This document shows positions 19,779 to 29,275 of a DNA stretch of 64,000 nucleotides, one piece after another (position 1 is the stretch's first letter; each line of letters starts with the position of its first letter). The stretch is from Candidatus Marinacidobacterales bacterium. Lineage in GTDB: Bacteria > Acidobacteriota > Vicinamibacteria > Marinacidobacterales > SMYC01. The notes below the pieces were generated by a model that made no database searches, was not told the DNA's origin, and was given only the letters and a program-made list of their open reading frames with translations. Both the position numbers and the translations under genes were made by a program. The stretch is from contig CBDCYI010000004.1 in NCBI GenBank assembly GCA_965224085.1, forward strand, positions 1,120,001 through 1,184,000. Reading direction: 5' to 3'.

Positions 19779-22661
19779 ATGGATATCCCTACTCGTTACG
19801 ACTTCACGAGCACCGAAAAACGCATTTACAACCTGTGGCGTGAGAAAAAGTGCTTCGACAGCGTCTACGATCCCGACGGTAAGCCGCGCTCCGAGACCGA
19901 GGCAAACAAACCCCGTTTCACGATCGCGATCCCGCCGCCGAACGTCACCGGGCGGCTCCATATGGGGCACGCGCTCAACAACACGATCCAGGACGTGTTG
20001 ATCCGCTTCAAGCGGATGGACGGCTACGACGCCCTGTGGGTCCCAGGAACGGATCACGCCGGCATCTCGACCCAGACGGTGGTGCGCAAACATCTAGACG
20101 CGCAAGGCGTCGACTACCGCGAGCTCGGCCGCGAGAAGTTCATCGAGAAAGTCTGGGAGTGGAAAAAAAAGTACGGCGATTTCATTCTTCGTCAGCTGGA
20201 GAGACTCGGAAGCTCGTGCGACTGGAGCCGCATTTGTTTCACGATGGATGACGGTCCATCCCGCGGCGTGCGTACCGTTTTCAAAGCGCTCTACGATCGC
20301 GGGTTGATTTACCGGGGCAAGCGGATCGTGAACTGGTGCCCAGTCGATCAAACCGCTCTCTCGGACGACGAAGTCAACACGAAAGACGGCGGCGAAGCCG
20401 GACACTTGTGGCACATTCGCTATCCGCTGGTGGAGCCGGCCTCTGATGTGACCCATGTGAGTGTCGCGACCACCCGTCCCGAGACGCTGTTCGGGGACGT
20501 TGCGGTCGCGGTGCATCCGGAAGACGAGCGGTTTCGCGGACTCGTGGGAAAGCAAGTCCGGCTGCCGCTCCAAGGGCGGCTCATCCCGATCGTCGCGGAC
20601 GATTACGTCGACCGCGAGTTTGGCACGGGTTGCCTCAAGATTACTCCGGCGCATGACGCGAACGACTTCGAGGTCGGCCAGCGCCACGCGCTCGAGCCCA
20701 TCAACGTCATGAACCCCGACGCCACGATGAACGATGTCGTGCCCGAGCGGTTTCGCGGGCTCGACCGCTACAAAGCGCGCGACGAGACGGTGAAGGCCCT
20801 GGAAGAAGAAGGGCTGCTCGAAACGATCGAAGATCGCATGGTGCCCATCGGACGAGCGCAGCGTTCCGGGGCGGCCATCGAGTACCGGCTCTCCGACCAG
20901 TGGTATGTTCGCATGAAGCCTCTCGCCGCGAGAGCGCTCGAGGCGAGCGGCTATCGGCTCGAGACCGAGAATGAGGAAGCGACGTGGGAGAAGACAGCGA
21001 CGAGCGCGCTCTTCTTCCATCCGCCGCGCTGGGAGAAGATCTATTACGCGTGGCTCACGAGCATCCGGGACTGGACGATCAGCCGTCAAATCTGGTGGGG
21101 GCATCGCATCCCGGCCTGGTATCACAAGGACTCGGGCGAGATCCTCGTGGATGTCGATACACCGGACGCCGTGAAGAAAGACCCAGATTCGTGGGAGCAA
21201 GACCCGGACGTGCTCGATACGTGGTTCAGCTCCTGGCTTTGGCCGATGACGACGCTCGGCTGGCCGGACAAGAGCCCCGATTTCGAGCGCTATTACCCGA
21301 CGAGCGTTTTGTCGACGAGCAAGGACATCATCTTCTTTTGGGTCGCACGCATGAACTTTGCGGGCCTCGAGATGGCGGACGAGCTTCCTTATCGTGACGT
21401 CTACATCCATCCAACCGTGCTCGACGATCGTGGCGCGGTCATGAGCAAGAGCAAAGGCAACGGCATCGACCCGCTTGCCGTCATCGAAGGCGCGAGCCTC
21501 GAGGATCTCAAAGGGCCTATCTTCGAAGCGCGACCCGCGAACATGAAAGAGCTCATCGCGCGCGTCGAGAAACTTTTTCCAAATGGGTTCGAAGCGGTGG
21601 GCGCTGATGCGCTGCGCTTCACGCTCGTCCACTCGTGCTCCGAAGGCCAGGAGCTGCGGCTCTCGCTGCAGCGGTTCAACGAGATCGGACGCCGCTTCGT
21701 GACCAAGCTCTGGAACGCGAGCCGGTTCGTGCTCTTGGCGCTCGACGACGTCCCAGGTCCTGATGTCCCTGATGTGCCTGATGTAGATGTCGCGGAGCCG
21801 ACCGTCGAAGATCGCTGGATTGGCTCGCGCACAGCGTCGACGGTGCGGCAGGTGCGTCGGGCGCTCGAAAGTTACGATTTTGCGCCCGTCGGCCACACGC
21901 TGTACCGCTTCGTCTGGAACGACTATTGCGACTGGTACCTGGAGCTCACCAAAGCGCGCATGACGGGCGACGACCCGAAGGCCGCGCGCCGCGCTGCGCA
22001 CGTGCTCGGCATAACGCTCGCAGAGATCCTGCGCATGCTGCATCCAGTGGCGCCCTTCATCACCGAAGAGCTTTGGGGAAAGCTTCTCGAAGCGATGGAC
22101 GCGAAGCACCTGTGGCTCGGTCGGCGGCCACAATCTGAGCTTCTCATCTTTGAGACAGCGCCGAAGGGTGAACGCGAGCCCGACGGGGCGCTCGAAGACG
22201 CTTTCGCGTCGCTCCAACGTCTCGTTTCTGGGGTGCGTACGAGCCGCGCCCATGCTCGCATCTCGGAGAACGTGCGTCTCACGGCAGCAGTCAAGCCGCT
22301 CGCAGACGGCTTCGAGGACCTCGTCGAGACGACGGCGCCTGTCTTGAGCCGTTTGGCGAATCTGGGGTCGTTGACGCTCGCAAGTAAAAAGCCTCCTGGA
22401 AGCGTCGGGATCGTCGACCCAGCATTCGAGCTCTACGTCGCGCTAGGCGAGCACGTGGACATCGAGGCCGAGCTCAAGCGCATCGAGCAGGAGATGGCCG
22501 GTATCCACAAGAAGCTGTCGCAAGTCTCGAAGAAGCTCGAGAACCCCAAATTCCTGGCCGGGGCCAAGCCAGAGGTTGTCGCCGAGCAAAAGGCGAAGCA
22601 CCATGAGCTGTGCGACATGCTCGAAAAGCTCGAAGCGATGAAGAAGGACTACGCCGGCTAG
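19779..22661 (+). CDS. valS: Valine--tRNA ligase
   Basis: PPPNVTGRLHMGH, DHAGISTQ, TTRPET, ISRQIWWGH, VMSKS, C-terminal coiled coil. Confidence 0.97.
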   Translation: MDIPTRYDFTSTEKRIYNLWREKKCFDSVYDPDGKPRSETEANKPRFTIAIPPPNVTGRLHMGHALNNTIQDVLIRFKRMDGYDALWVPGTDHAGISTQTVVRKHLDAQGVDYRELGREKFIEKVWEWKKKYGDFILRQLERLGSSCDWSRICFTMDDGPSRGVRTVFKALYDRGLIYRGKRIVNWCPVDQTALSDDEVNTKDGGEAGHLWHIRYPLVEPASDVTHVSVATTRPETLFGDVAVAVHPEDERFRGLVGKQVRLPLQGRLIPIVADDYVDREFGTGCLKITPAHDANDFEVGQRHALEPINVMNPDATMNDVVPERFRGLDRYKARDETVKALEEEGLLETIEDRMVPIGRAQRSGAAIEYRLSDQWYVRMKPLAARALEASGYRLETENEEATWEKTATSALFFHPPRWEKIYYAWLTSIRDWTISRQIWWGHRIPAWYHKDSGEILVDVDTPDAVKKDPDSWEQDPDVLDTWFSSWLWPMTTLGWPDKSPDFERYYPTSVLSTSKDIIFFWVARMNFAGLEMADELPYRDVYIHPTVLDDRGAVMSKSKGNGIDPLAVIEGASLEDLKGPIFEARPANMKELIARVEKLFPNGFEAVGADALRFTLVHSCSEGQELRLSLQRFNEIGRRFVTKLWNASRFVLLALDDVPGPDVPDVPDVDVAEPTVEDRWIGSRTASTVRQVRRALESYDFAPVGHTLYRFVWNDYCDWYLELTKARMTGDDPKAARRAAHVLGITLAEILRMLHPVAPFITEELWGKLLEAMDAKHLWLGRRPQSELLIFETAPKGEREPDGALEDAFASLQRLVSGVRTSRAHARISENVRLTAAVKPLADGFEDLVETTAPVLSRLANLGSLTLASKKPPGSVGIVDPAFELYVALGEHVDIEAELKRIEQEMAGIHKKLSQVSKKLENPKFLAGAKPEVVAEQKAKHHELCDMLEKLEAMKKDYAG

Positions 22662-22669
22662 TCCCTGGG

Positions 22670-25600
22670 TCAGGCTTTACTCAGCCAAATCGTCATTTTT
22701 TCACCGTCTATCTCGACCTCGCGCGCCGTGCCGTCCTCGAGCGCATCCTCTAGGTCGACGCAGAGGGTCTCCTCGAGGAAGTGCTCGCGACGGCTGTCGA
22801 CGATCGCGCCGAACGCGTCGGGCCCATCGAGCGCGAGCCGGATGCGCTGCGTGTATTCGAGGCCGAGGGTCTTCCTGAACGCTTGGATGCGGCTCAAGAG
22901 CTCGCGATACTTCCCTTCCTCGAGAAGCTCCGGCGTGAGCTCGGTGGCGAGGACGACGACCGCCGCCTGGTCAGAAGCGGCGGCGTAGCCTGCCTTCGCT
23001 TGCACCCCGACTTCGATGTCCTCGAGGTCGAGGCTCAACGTCTCGCCGTCCACGAGGATCTCCGCTTTCCCCGTCTCGACAATGGCCGCGCGAAGGGCGC
23101 TTCCATTCGCGGCGGCGAGCGCCGCTTTCACCGCAGGCATCTTTTTTCCGACCTTAGGGCCGAGCTTCCGGAAATTAGGCTTGACGAGATATTCGACGTG
23201 CTCTTCGGCGCCGTGGACGAAAACGACTTTCTGCACGTTTAGCTCTTCGGCGATGAGCTCGCCATAGACGCGAATGCGCTCGTCGAGCTCGGGACGGGAC
23301 AGTGTGACCTCGGCTTTGAGAAGCGGTTGTCGCACTTTGAGCCTGTTATCCGTCCGCACGCGCAGGCCGAGCGAGACGATGCTGCGTACAACCGCCATGT
23401 CTTCGTTCAACAGGGCGTCCACACGCGCGCTGTCGGGCTTCGGGTAATCGCAGAGATGAACGCTCTCGGGCGCATCTTCCTCAAACGGCCCGAACGGGCC
23501 ACGCACGAGGTTTTGGTAGATCTCCTCCGTCATGAAGGGGACGAACGGCGCGGCGAGCTTCGTCACCGTTACAAGCGCTTCGTAGAGCGTCGCGTAGGCG
23601 TCGATTTTGTCGTCGTTGCGCTCCGACCCCCAGAACCGGATCCGGCTTCGGCGGAGATACCAGTTCGAGAGCGCATCGACGAAATCCGTGAGCTCGCGCG
23701 CGGCTTCATAAGCGCGGTAGGCGTCGAGGTGCTCGATCAAGCTCGCGTTCAGCTTGGCGAGCTCGGAGAGGATGAAGCGGTCCAGAAGCGCGCGCTCGGC
23801 GACCGGCCTTCCCTTTTCTTTCGTGGGATCGAAGCCGTCGATGTCAGCGTAGATCGTGAAGAAGCTGTAAACGTTTCGGAGCTTGATCGGGAACTCTTTT
23901 TGCGAGGCGCGCACGTTTCCGAGCGAGTGCCGCTTCGAGCCCCACGGCGGATTGGTCGCGAGAAAGAACCAGCGAAAGGCGTCCGCTCCCGGCGCCGGCG
24001 TATCGGGGTCTTCGAGCGTGACCTTCTGGTTCCCGGGAAGGCGCGGCACGTCTGCAGGTAGCATCGCGAGGCCCCGCTCTGCCGCGAAGACGCCGAGCTT
24101 GTTCCGGACGTCGTCGGGGAGCACGACGACACGACGCGGGAGTCCTTTCGCGGCCTCGAGACGCAATTCGATGCCCCCCACGACAACGGCGACTCCCGGG
24201 TCGAGGTCGAGCCCTTCGAGGTCTTCGTGCGCGATGAGCGCCACCCCGTCTTTCGCCTGGACTTTTGTCGCGTCGATGACGGCGAAGTCCATCGCCACCT
24301 TCTCCAAGATGACTTCGGGCGGCGTGTAGTTGCCCTTGGACTTAGATTCTTTCTTGCCTTCCTTGTCGCTGACGTGGCCGAGCACGATGCACGTCTTGTA
24401 CGGGTGCGGGTAGTCGTGCTCGAAGACCAGCGTCGAGATCATCAACATCGAGTAGAACCAGCCGCGTGTTTGGTCGATCGCTTCGACGATGTAATCTGCG
24501 GGAAACGTCTCCTTGAACTTCTCGTGGCCATGGTGCGGGTAAGCCCACTGCGCGAAAGGCATGCTTCCGGAGTCGAACCAGCAGTCGATGACTTCCGGCA
24601 CGCGCCGATAGACCCCTTCTTCGTTGGGCTCGGTGAAGGTCACATCGTCGATCCACGGCTTGTGGACGAGAAGATGCTCCGACAGGTCGGGATTTTTCTT
24701 CTTCGCCTCTTGAAACGATCGGAACGCGTCGGGGTTCTTCTTCAGGATCTCGTCGACCGAAGTCGGGGCGACCATCTTGCCTGTGACGTCGTTGACCCAG
24801 ATGTTGAGCGGGGTTCCCCAGTAGCGCTCGCGCGAGAGCGCCCAATCGACGTTGTTCGCGAGAAAATCGCCGAAGCGGCCTTCTTTGATGTGGTCGGGGA
24901 CCCAGTTCACGGCGCGGTTATTCGCGATGGCGCGGTCGATGAGCGCCGTCGTGCGGATGAACCACGCGGGCCGGGCGAACTGGATGAGCGGATCGTCGTC
25001 GGCGCGCCAACAGAACGGATATTCGTGGCGCAGGGTCTCGTGATGGACGAGGGTTCCCCGCTCCTTGAGCGTCCGGATAATCTGCTTGTCCGCGTCCTTG
25101 ACCCATAGACCTGTGAGCGACGGAACTTCGGCGGTGAACTTCCCGTCGGAACCGATGGCACACAGAAGGGGCACCGCGTCGGGGTCTTCGTAGCCGGCGA
25201 CGATCGTCCGATGGAGGTTGTGGTCGACCTCACCGAACGCGGGGGCTTCGTGCACGAGGCCCGTTCCTTGATCGAGCTCGACGAAATCCGCGGCCAGCAC
25301 TTTCCAGAACATCGGGACTGTGCCAGATTGCTTGGAAACGACTTCCGTAGTGCCGTAGCGCGCGTAATAGTCGTCGAACGGAGGCAGGTAGCGCTTGCCG
25401 ACGAGGACCTTGCCTTTGAGCTCACGGACCACGGGAAGATCCCGCCCGAGCTTAGCCGCGATGGACTCGCGAAGAGCGGAGGCGACGATGAACTTTCGGG
25501 CCTCATCCTGGACGACGACGTAATCGATGTCGGGCTTCACAGCAGCGTATATGTTTGACGGGAGCGTCCACGGGGTCGTCGTCCAGACGAGGAGCGAGGT

Positions 25601-26266
25601 ATCGGGCTCGTCTACGAGCGGAAACGCGACATAGACGGAAGGATCGTCGACCGTCTTGTAGCCGAGGCCGACTTCGGCGGAAGAGAGCGCCGTTCCGCCT
25701 TGCGCCCACCACCAGAGGACTTTGTGACCTTTGTAGAGCAGGTTCTTCTTGAACAGCTGGGCGAGCGCCCACCAGACGCTCTCGACGTAGCGTTTGTGAT
25801 AGGTGACGTAGGCGTCTGAAAGATCGACCCAGTGGCCCATCTGCTCCGTCATGCGCTCCCACTCTTTCGTGTAGCGGAAGACAGAGTCCATGCAGCGCTG
25901 AATGAACGCTTCGACGCCGTAGGCCTCGATCGCGGCTTTGCCGTGGATACCGAGCTCTTTTTCGACTTCGACCTCGACGGGCAGGCCGTGGGTGTCCCAG
26001 CCTGCTTTGCGCTCGACATAGAACCCGCGCATCGTGCGATAGCGCGGGAATATGTCCTTGAAGACGCGGGTCAGTACGTGGCCGTTATGGGGCTTTCCGT
26101 TGGCGGTCGGCGGCCCGTCGCCCCAAATGAAGCTCTCGCGTCCTTCGCGCATCGCGACGCTCTTCTCGAAGATGCGCCGGTCTTTCCAGAACGCGCGCAC
26201 CTTCTCCTCGGCCTTCGGGAAGTCGACAATGGCTTCCGCTTTCGCGAAACGGGGCGAATCGGTCAT
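22670..26266 (-). CDS. ileS: Isoleucine--tRNA ligase (type 2-like) with variant signatures and an insertion
   Basis: DGPPTANGKPHNGH, GWDTHGLPVE, WTTTPWTLPSN, LSRERYWGTP, WFDSGSMPFAQ, DQTRGWFYS, KESKS; IleRS2-type C-terminus without a zinc finger. Confidence 0.96.
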   Translation of the reverse strand: MTDSPRFAKAEAIVDFPKAEEKVRAFWKDRRIFEKSVAMREGRESFIWGDGPPTANGKPHNGHVLTRVFKDIFPRYRTMRGFYVERKAGWDTHGLPVEVEVEKELGIHGKAAIEAYGVEAFIQRCMDSVFRYTKEWERMTEQMGHWVDLSDAYVTYHKRYVESVWWALAQLFKKNLLYKGHKVLWWWAQGGTALSSAEVGLGYKTVDDPSVYVAFPLVDEPDTSLLVWTTTPWTLPSNIYAAVKPDIDYVVVQDEARKFIVASALRESIAAKLGRDLPVVRELKGKVLVGKRYLPPFDDYYARYGTTEVVSKQSGTVPMFWKVLAADFVELDQGTGLVHEAPAFGEVDHNLHRTIVAGYEDPDAVPLLCAIGSDGKFTAEVPSLTGLWVKDADKQIIRTLKERGTLVHHETLRHEYPFCWRADDDPLIQFARPAWFIRTTALIDRAIANNRAVNWVPDHIKEGRFGDFLANNVDWALSRERYWGTPLNIWVNDVTGKMVAPTSVDEILKKNPDAFRSFQEAKKKNPDLSEHLLVHKPWIDDVTFTEPNEEGVYRRVPEVIDCWFDSGSMPFAQWAYPHHGHEKFKETFPADYIVEAIDQTRGWFYSMLMISTLVFEHDYPHPYKTCIVLGHVSDKEGKKESKSKGNYTPPEVILEKVAMDFAVIDATKVQAKDGVALIAHEDLEGLDLDPGVAVVVGGIELRLEAAKGLPRRVVVLPDDVRNKLGVFAAERGLAMLPADVPRLPGNQKVTLEDPDTPAPGADAFRWFFLATNPPWGSKRHSLGNVRASQKEFPIKLRNVYSFFTIYADIDGFDPTKEKGRPVAERALLDRFILSELAKLNASLIEHLDAYRAYEAARELTDFVDALSNWYLRRSRIRFWGSERNDDKIDAYATLYEALVTVTKLAAPFVPFMTEEIYQNLVRGPFGPFEEDAPESVHLCDYPKPDSARVDALLNEDMAVVRSIVSLGLRVRTDNRLKVRQPLLKAEVTLSRPELDERIRVYGELIAEELNVQKVVFVHGAEEHVEYLVKPNFRKLGPKVGKKMPAVKAALAAANGSALRAAIVETGKAEILVDGETLSLDLEDIEVGVQAKAGYAAASDQAAVVVLATELTPELLEEGKYRELLSRIQAFRKTLGLEYTQRIRLALDGPDAFGAIVDSRREHFLEETLCVDLEDALEDGTAREVEIDGEKMTIWLSKA

Positions 26267-26290
26267 AAGCTTTCATCTTAACGCAGAACA

Positions 26291-26407
26291 TCTAGAGTGC
26301 TCAGTGCGCGCTCACTCCTCGTGAGCGCGCTTGTCCTCTGTCAGCCCTGTCGGGCCGGGCTCGCTCCGCTCGCGCAGGGTGCAGATGAGTTTTCAGCACC
26401 GTGCTAG
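26291..26407 (+). repeat. Dispersed structured repeat (MITE/REP-like), copy 2
   Basis: CTAG at both ends (26292-26295, 26404-26407); hairpins GCGCGCTCAC-N5-GTGAGCGCGC and CAGGGTGC...GCACCGTG. Confidence 0.85.
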
Positions 26408-26769
26408 TGCTCGCGGTCCTCTTGGACGAAGCCCATCTTCTCGGCAAAGCTCTGGGCGAAGGTGCGCATCTCGCCTGCCATCTCCCGCTCGGAGGTCGCG
26501 CGCTCGAAGGTGTCCGCCATTGTCAAGAGGGTCTGGAACGTGAAGAGCTTCATCTCGTCGACGAGCATCTCCGAGGTCCAAAGGTCGATGCGCATCGCTT
26601 TTTTCTCTTCGTCGTTCCACACGGAGAGCATGATGGATTTCGTAGATTTCGCATCGTCTTCGGAAGCGTCGGTCGCCGACCATTCGATCGACTCCGGCAT
26701 CTGCTCGCGGTTCAAGCGGATCTTGAAGTGGATTTCCGCGCTACGTGGGGCGTTCGTGGGATCGGCCAT
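26404..26769 (-). CDS. gldC: GldC-like protein (gliding motility protein C family)
   Basis: PESIEWSATD...MLSVW...RIDLWT.EM.VDEMKLF.FQTL.TMADTFERAT pattern recalled for Bacteroidota GldC; 121 aa. Confidence 0.8.
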   Translation of the reverse strand: MADPTNAPRSAEIHFKIRLNREQMPESIEWSATDASEDDAKSTKSIMLSVWNDEEKKAMRIDLWTSEMLVDEMKLFTFQTLLTMADTFERATSEREMAGEMRTFAQSFAEKMGFVQEDREH

Positions 26770-26834
26770 GGCCGGCGGATCCTATCACGTGGCAGCGCAA
26801 CGACCGCTCGCTGCTCACTCTGCGGAAAGAGACG

Positions 26835-27584
26835 TCAACCCGGTCCGTTCTCCTTCAAGAACGTTTGTCGAAAATCATCAATGAGTTGAGTCAAGAATCC
26901 GTCGAGCCCGGCCGCGTCTCGATCTTCTCCCGTGAACGTGCGCTTGGACGCATCGAGAAGCGCCGCGTGCGCCCCGGAGAGATCACCCGTCAAAAAACGC
27001 ATCGTGCCGACGATGACGAGCGTCTCTTTGGCCGTCGCCGCGGGCTCTGTCTCCAGAAGACCTTCCGCAAGCGCGAGGGCCCGTTCCCGAGCGGCGTGTG
27101 CCTCTTTTGATTCACCCGACTCGGCCAAGTGATATCCCGTGATGCGCTCGAACTCGCACCAGAAATGTTCGTCTCGTCCCAATAGCCCATAGACCTTGCG
27201 TGCAATGTCGAGGCGCGTCGTTATGGGAATCTCGAAATACGGAACCACGGGCCCCTCGATCGCGGCCTCGCGCTCGAGCATCGCCGCCAAATCGGTGATC
27301 TCGTCAGGCGGGATGGCCTCGAAGTCCGACAAATAAGTTGAGAGATGACACCGCCGGCACGTGTAAGCGAAGAAGTTGGTCGTTGCCGGCCAGAATACAT
27401 ATTGGTAACGCGACGGCTCTCGATAGACGTAGGTACCGTAACTCCCCGGGGTTTTGAAGAGGTTCACCGTGGCGCAGACAGGACAGGTGACGTCGACGTC
27501 GACCCAGGTACTGGAAAGCGCGCGCCGGGACACGCCGAGGAGCAAACCCGATGCGATGAGCATGTCCCGCCGCGTGACCAGCAC
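26835..27584 (-). CDS. DUF2225-like zinc-binding protein with Tat-like leader
   Basis: TRRDML leader, CPVC and CRRC pairs, helical TPR-like C-terminus; GTG 27584 preceded by TATACT. Confidence 0.6.
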   Translation of the reverse strand: MLVTRRDMLIASGLLLGVSRRALSSTWVDVDVTCPVCATVNLFKTPGSYGTYVYREPSRYQYVFWPATTNFFAYTCRRCHLSTYLSDFEAIPPDEITDLAAMLEREAAIEGPVVPYFEIPITTRLDIARKVYGLLGRDEHFWCEFERITGYHLAESGESKEAHAARERALALAEGLLETEPAATAKETLVIVGTMRFLTGDLSGAHAALLDASKRTFTGEDRDAAGLDGFLTQLIDDFRQTFLKENGPG

Positions 27585-27694
27585 ACCAATAGTATACCTC
27601 TCTCGCCTGCGAGATCTTCTGCAGGTACTATCGAGTACGGCAATCCTGTGTGGCGCAATCAACAGCCCTGGCCGTAGGGCGCAGTGTAGCCAAC

Positions 27695-28033
27695 CTAGCG
27701 CTCGACGAACGACTTCAGCCGCGATAACGCTTCGTCCCACTGACGCGAGACCGTATCGAGATAAGACCGCGCATCGTCGATCGGTGCCGGCACGAAAGTG
27801 AACCGGCTTTCGCGCCCCACTCGGCTCGAGGTGACGATGCCCACGTGCTCCAGCACGCGAAGGTGCTTCGTGATCCCTTGCCGGGTGAGGCTCGAGCCGT
27901 CGGTCAGCTGGGCGATGGAACGCGACCGGCCGTCGATGAGACGAGCGACAAGCTCGAGCCGCGTTGCATCCCCCAGCGCGGCAAACACAGGCGCCGTGGA
28001 CGCACTTCCGGGCTCAGTCGACGTACGCGGCAA
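27695..28033 (-). CDS. ArsR/SmtB family transcriptional regulator
   Basis: VFAALGDATRLELV...TRQGITKHLRVLE...GRE; TTG start overlaps the SRPBCC gene. Confidence 0.9.
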   Translation of the reverse strand: MPRTSTEPGSASTAPVFAALGDATRLELVARLIDGRSRSIAQLTDGSSLTRQGITKHLRVLEHVGIVTSSRVGRESRFTFVPAPIDDARSYLDTVSRQWDEALSRLKSFVER

Positions 28034-28460
28034 TGTTGTTGACCTGTTCATTCCACCCCTGGGTGTTCTCCCGCATGGCATCGACGCGTCGTTCGTCGTC
28101 GGGCAGTGCGCTGAAGCCGGACTCGGAGATGACGAGGCGCGTTCCGCTCCCGGTAGGCTCCAGCCGGAACTCGACCAGCGTCTGCGGCTCCAGGGCCGAG
28201 TCCGTTTCAGGGTCGACGTTGTAAGGGCACCACGTGTAGGCGAAGAGTCGGTCCGTCTCCATCGTTTTGATCTGCGCTGCCCACTTCATGTGCTCGTAGC
28301 CCGGATAGGTCATCCGCCCCCGCGAGACCCCGACGACGACGAACGGCCCGTCAAGATCGACGCGGAACCACTCCCCGAACTCCTGGTGGTCCGTCAATGC
28401 CCGCCAGACGCGCGCGACCGGTGCCTTTAGCTCAACTGTTTTCTCAATACGATCTTCCAT
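28014..28460 (-). CDS. SRPBCC/AHSA1 family protein
   Basis: APVARVWRALTD...WF, GTRLVISESGF, GWNEQ; RBS AGGAGG before ATG 28460. Confidence 0.9.
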   Translation of the reverse strand: MEDRIEKTVELKAPVARVWRALTDHQEFGEWFRVDLDGPFVVVGVSRGRMTYPGYEHMKWAAQIKTMETDRLFAYTWCPYNVDPETDSALEPQTLVEFRLEPTGSGTRLVISESGFSALPDDERRVDAMRENTQGWNEQVNNIAAYVD

Positions 28461-28465
28461 GAGAT

Positions 28466-28526
28466 GCAACCTCCTGGTTGCTCATAATGTGCCACGAAAA
28501 TTCGATTCGCGCAACCATTTTGTTGC
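28466..28526. promoter_or_regulatory. Two palindromic operators, probably for the adjacent ArsR
   Basis: GCAACC-TCCT-GGTTGC (28466-28481, overlapping the RBS) and GCAAC-N6-GTTGC (28511-28526). Confidence 0.65.
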
Positions 28527-28725
28527 TTATTTGATGGGGGTTCATCCGACTTCTCCATTTGGAGCAACCCACAATCGGATTCCCGAGGTCACCGCCGCAG
28601 GAGTGAATGCGTCAACCGCGACGATTCGACGCAGTGTTGTCTCTCGGACGGTGGAGCAAACAACGCGAACTCCTGAGCATGGCCGCTCGCGCGCAAACGC
28701 CTAGAGTGAGTCGAGGAGGTCAATC

Positions 28726-29115
28726 ATGAACAAGAACGCTAAAGGCGTCGCACTCGATGAGTACGACGTCGTCGCCTATTTCACCGAGGATCGTGCCGTG
28801 CGTGGCAGCTCGGAGCTCGCCGTCGAGCACAACGGCGCTACGTTCTATTTCTCGAGCCAAGAAAACCGCGACTTGTTCAGCCACTCACGCGAGCGTTACT
28901 CGCCGGCGTTCGATGGCTATTGCGCGTTCGCCGTCGCTCGGCACAAGGCGCGCGCGCCTTCGGACCCAAAAACCTTCAAGGTCTACAATGGGAGCTTGCT
29001 GTTGTTTTTCAACGACCTTCATGAAGGCAAACCGGTGAACACGAAGTTGATCTGGAACGCGAACGAACGACAGCACTACCAAAACGCAACCCGGAACTGG
29101 CCAAGTATCGAGTAG
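28726..29115 (+). CDS. YHS domain-containing protein
   Basis: YDVVAYF, FYFSSQENRDLF, PAFDGYCAFAV; RBS GAGGAGGT. Confidence 0.85.
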   Translation: MNKNAKGVALDEYDVVAYFTEDRAVRGSSELAVEHNGATFYFSSQENRDLFSHSRERYSPAFDGYCAFAVARHKARAPSDPKTFKVYNGSLLLFFNDLHEGKPVNTKLIWNANERQHYQNATRNWPSIE

Positions 29116-29118
29116 ACG

Positions 29119-29214
29119 ATGACCGACGTACTCGCGACTGCACTCGAAGCGATCCGGCTTCGTGGCACCGTCTACCGCTTGTTCCGCTTGCGCCGCTTGT
29201 CCTCCCGCACTTGA
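29119..29214 (+). pseudogene. N-terminal stub of an AraC-family (cupin) regulator
   Basis: MTDVLATALEAIRLRGTVY resembles the MDxLSxxLxxxRLxGxxF start; similarity is lost at the CCGCTTG repeats and a stop follows at codon 32. Confidence 0.55.
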
Positions 29215-29275
29215 TCAGAAACGTCGCCAAGAACGTCGACAACAATCGGCAGGTCATCATCTTTCCCTCCTGCAT

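Noticed and set aside
21745-21792. Short tandem CCTGATGT repeats in valS (PDVPDVPDV)
   Set aside because: In-frame low-complexity expansion in a variable loop; too short and degenerate to be an array
20094-22253. 719-aa ORF antisense to valS and other long shadow ORFs (7315..8664, 29909..31036, 44139..45449, 62587..63705)
   Set aside because: Typical stop-poor antisense frames of high-GC genes with no recognisable motifs
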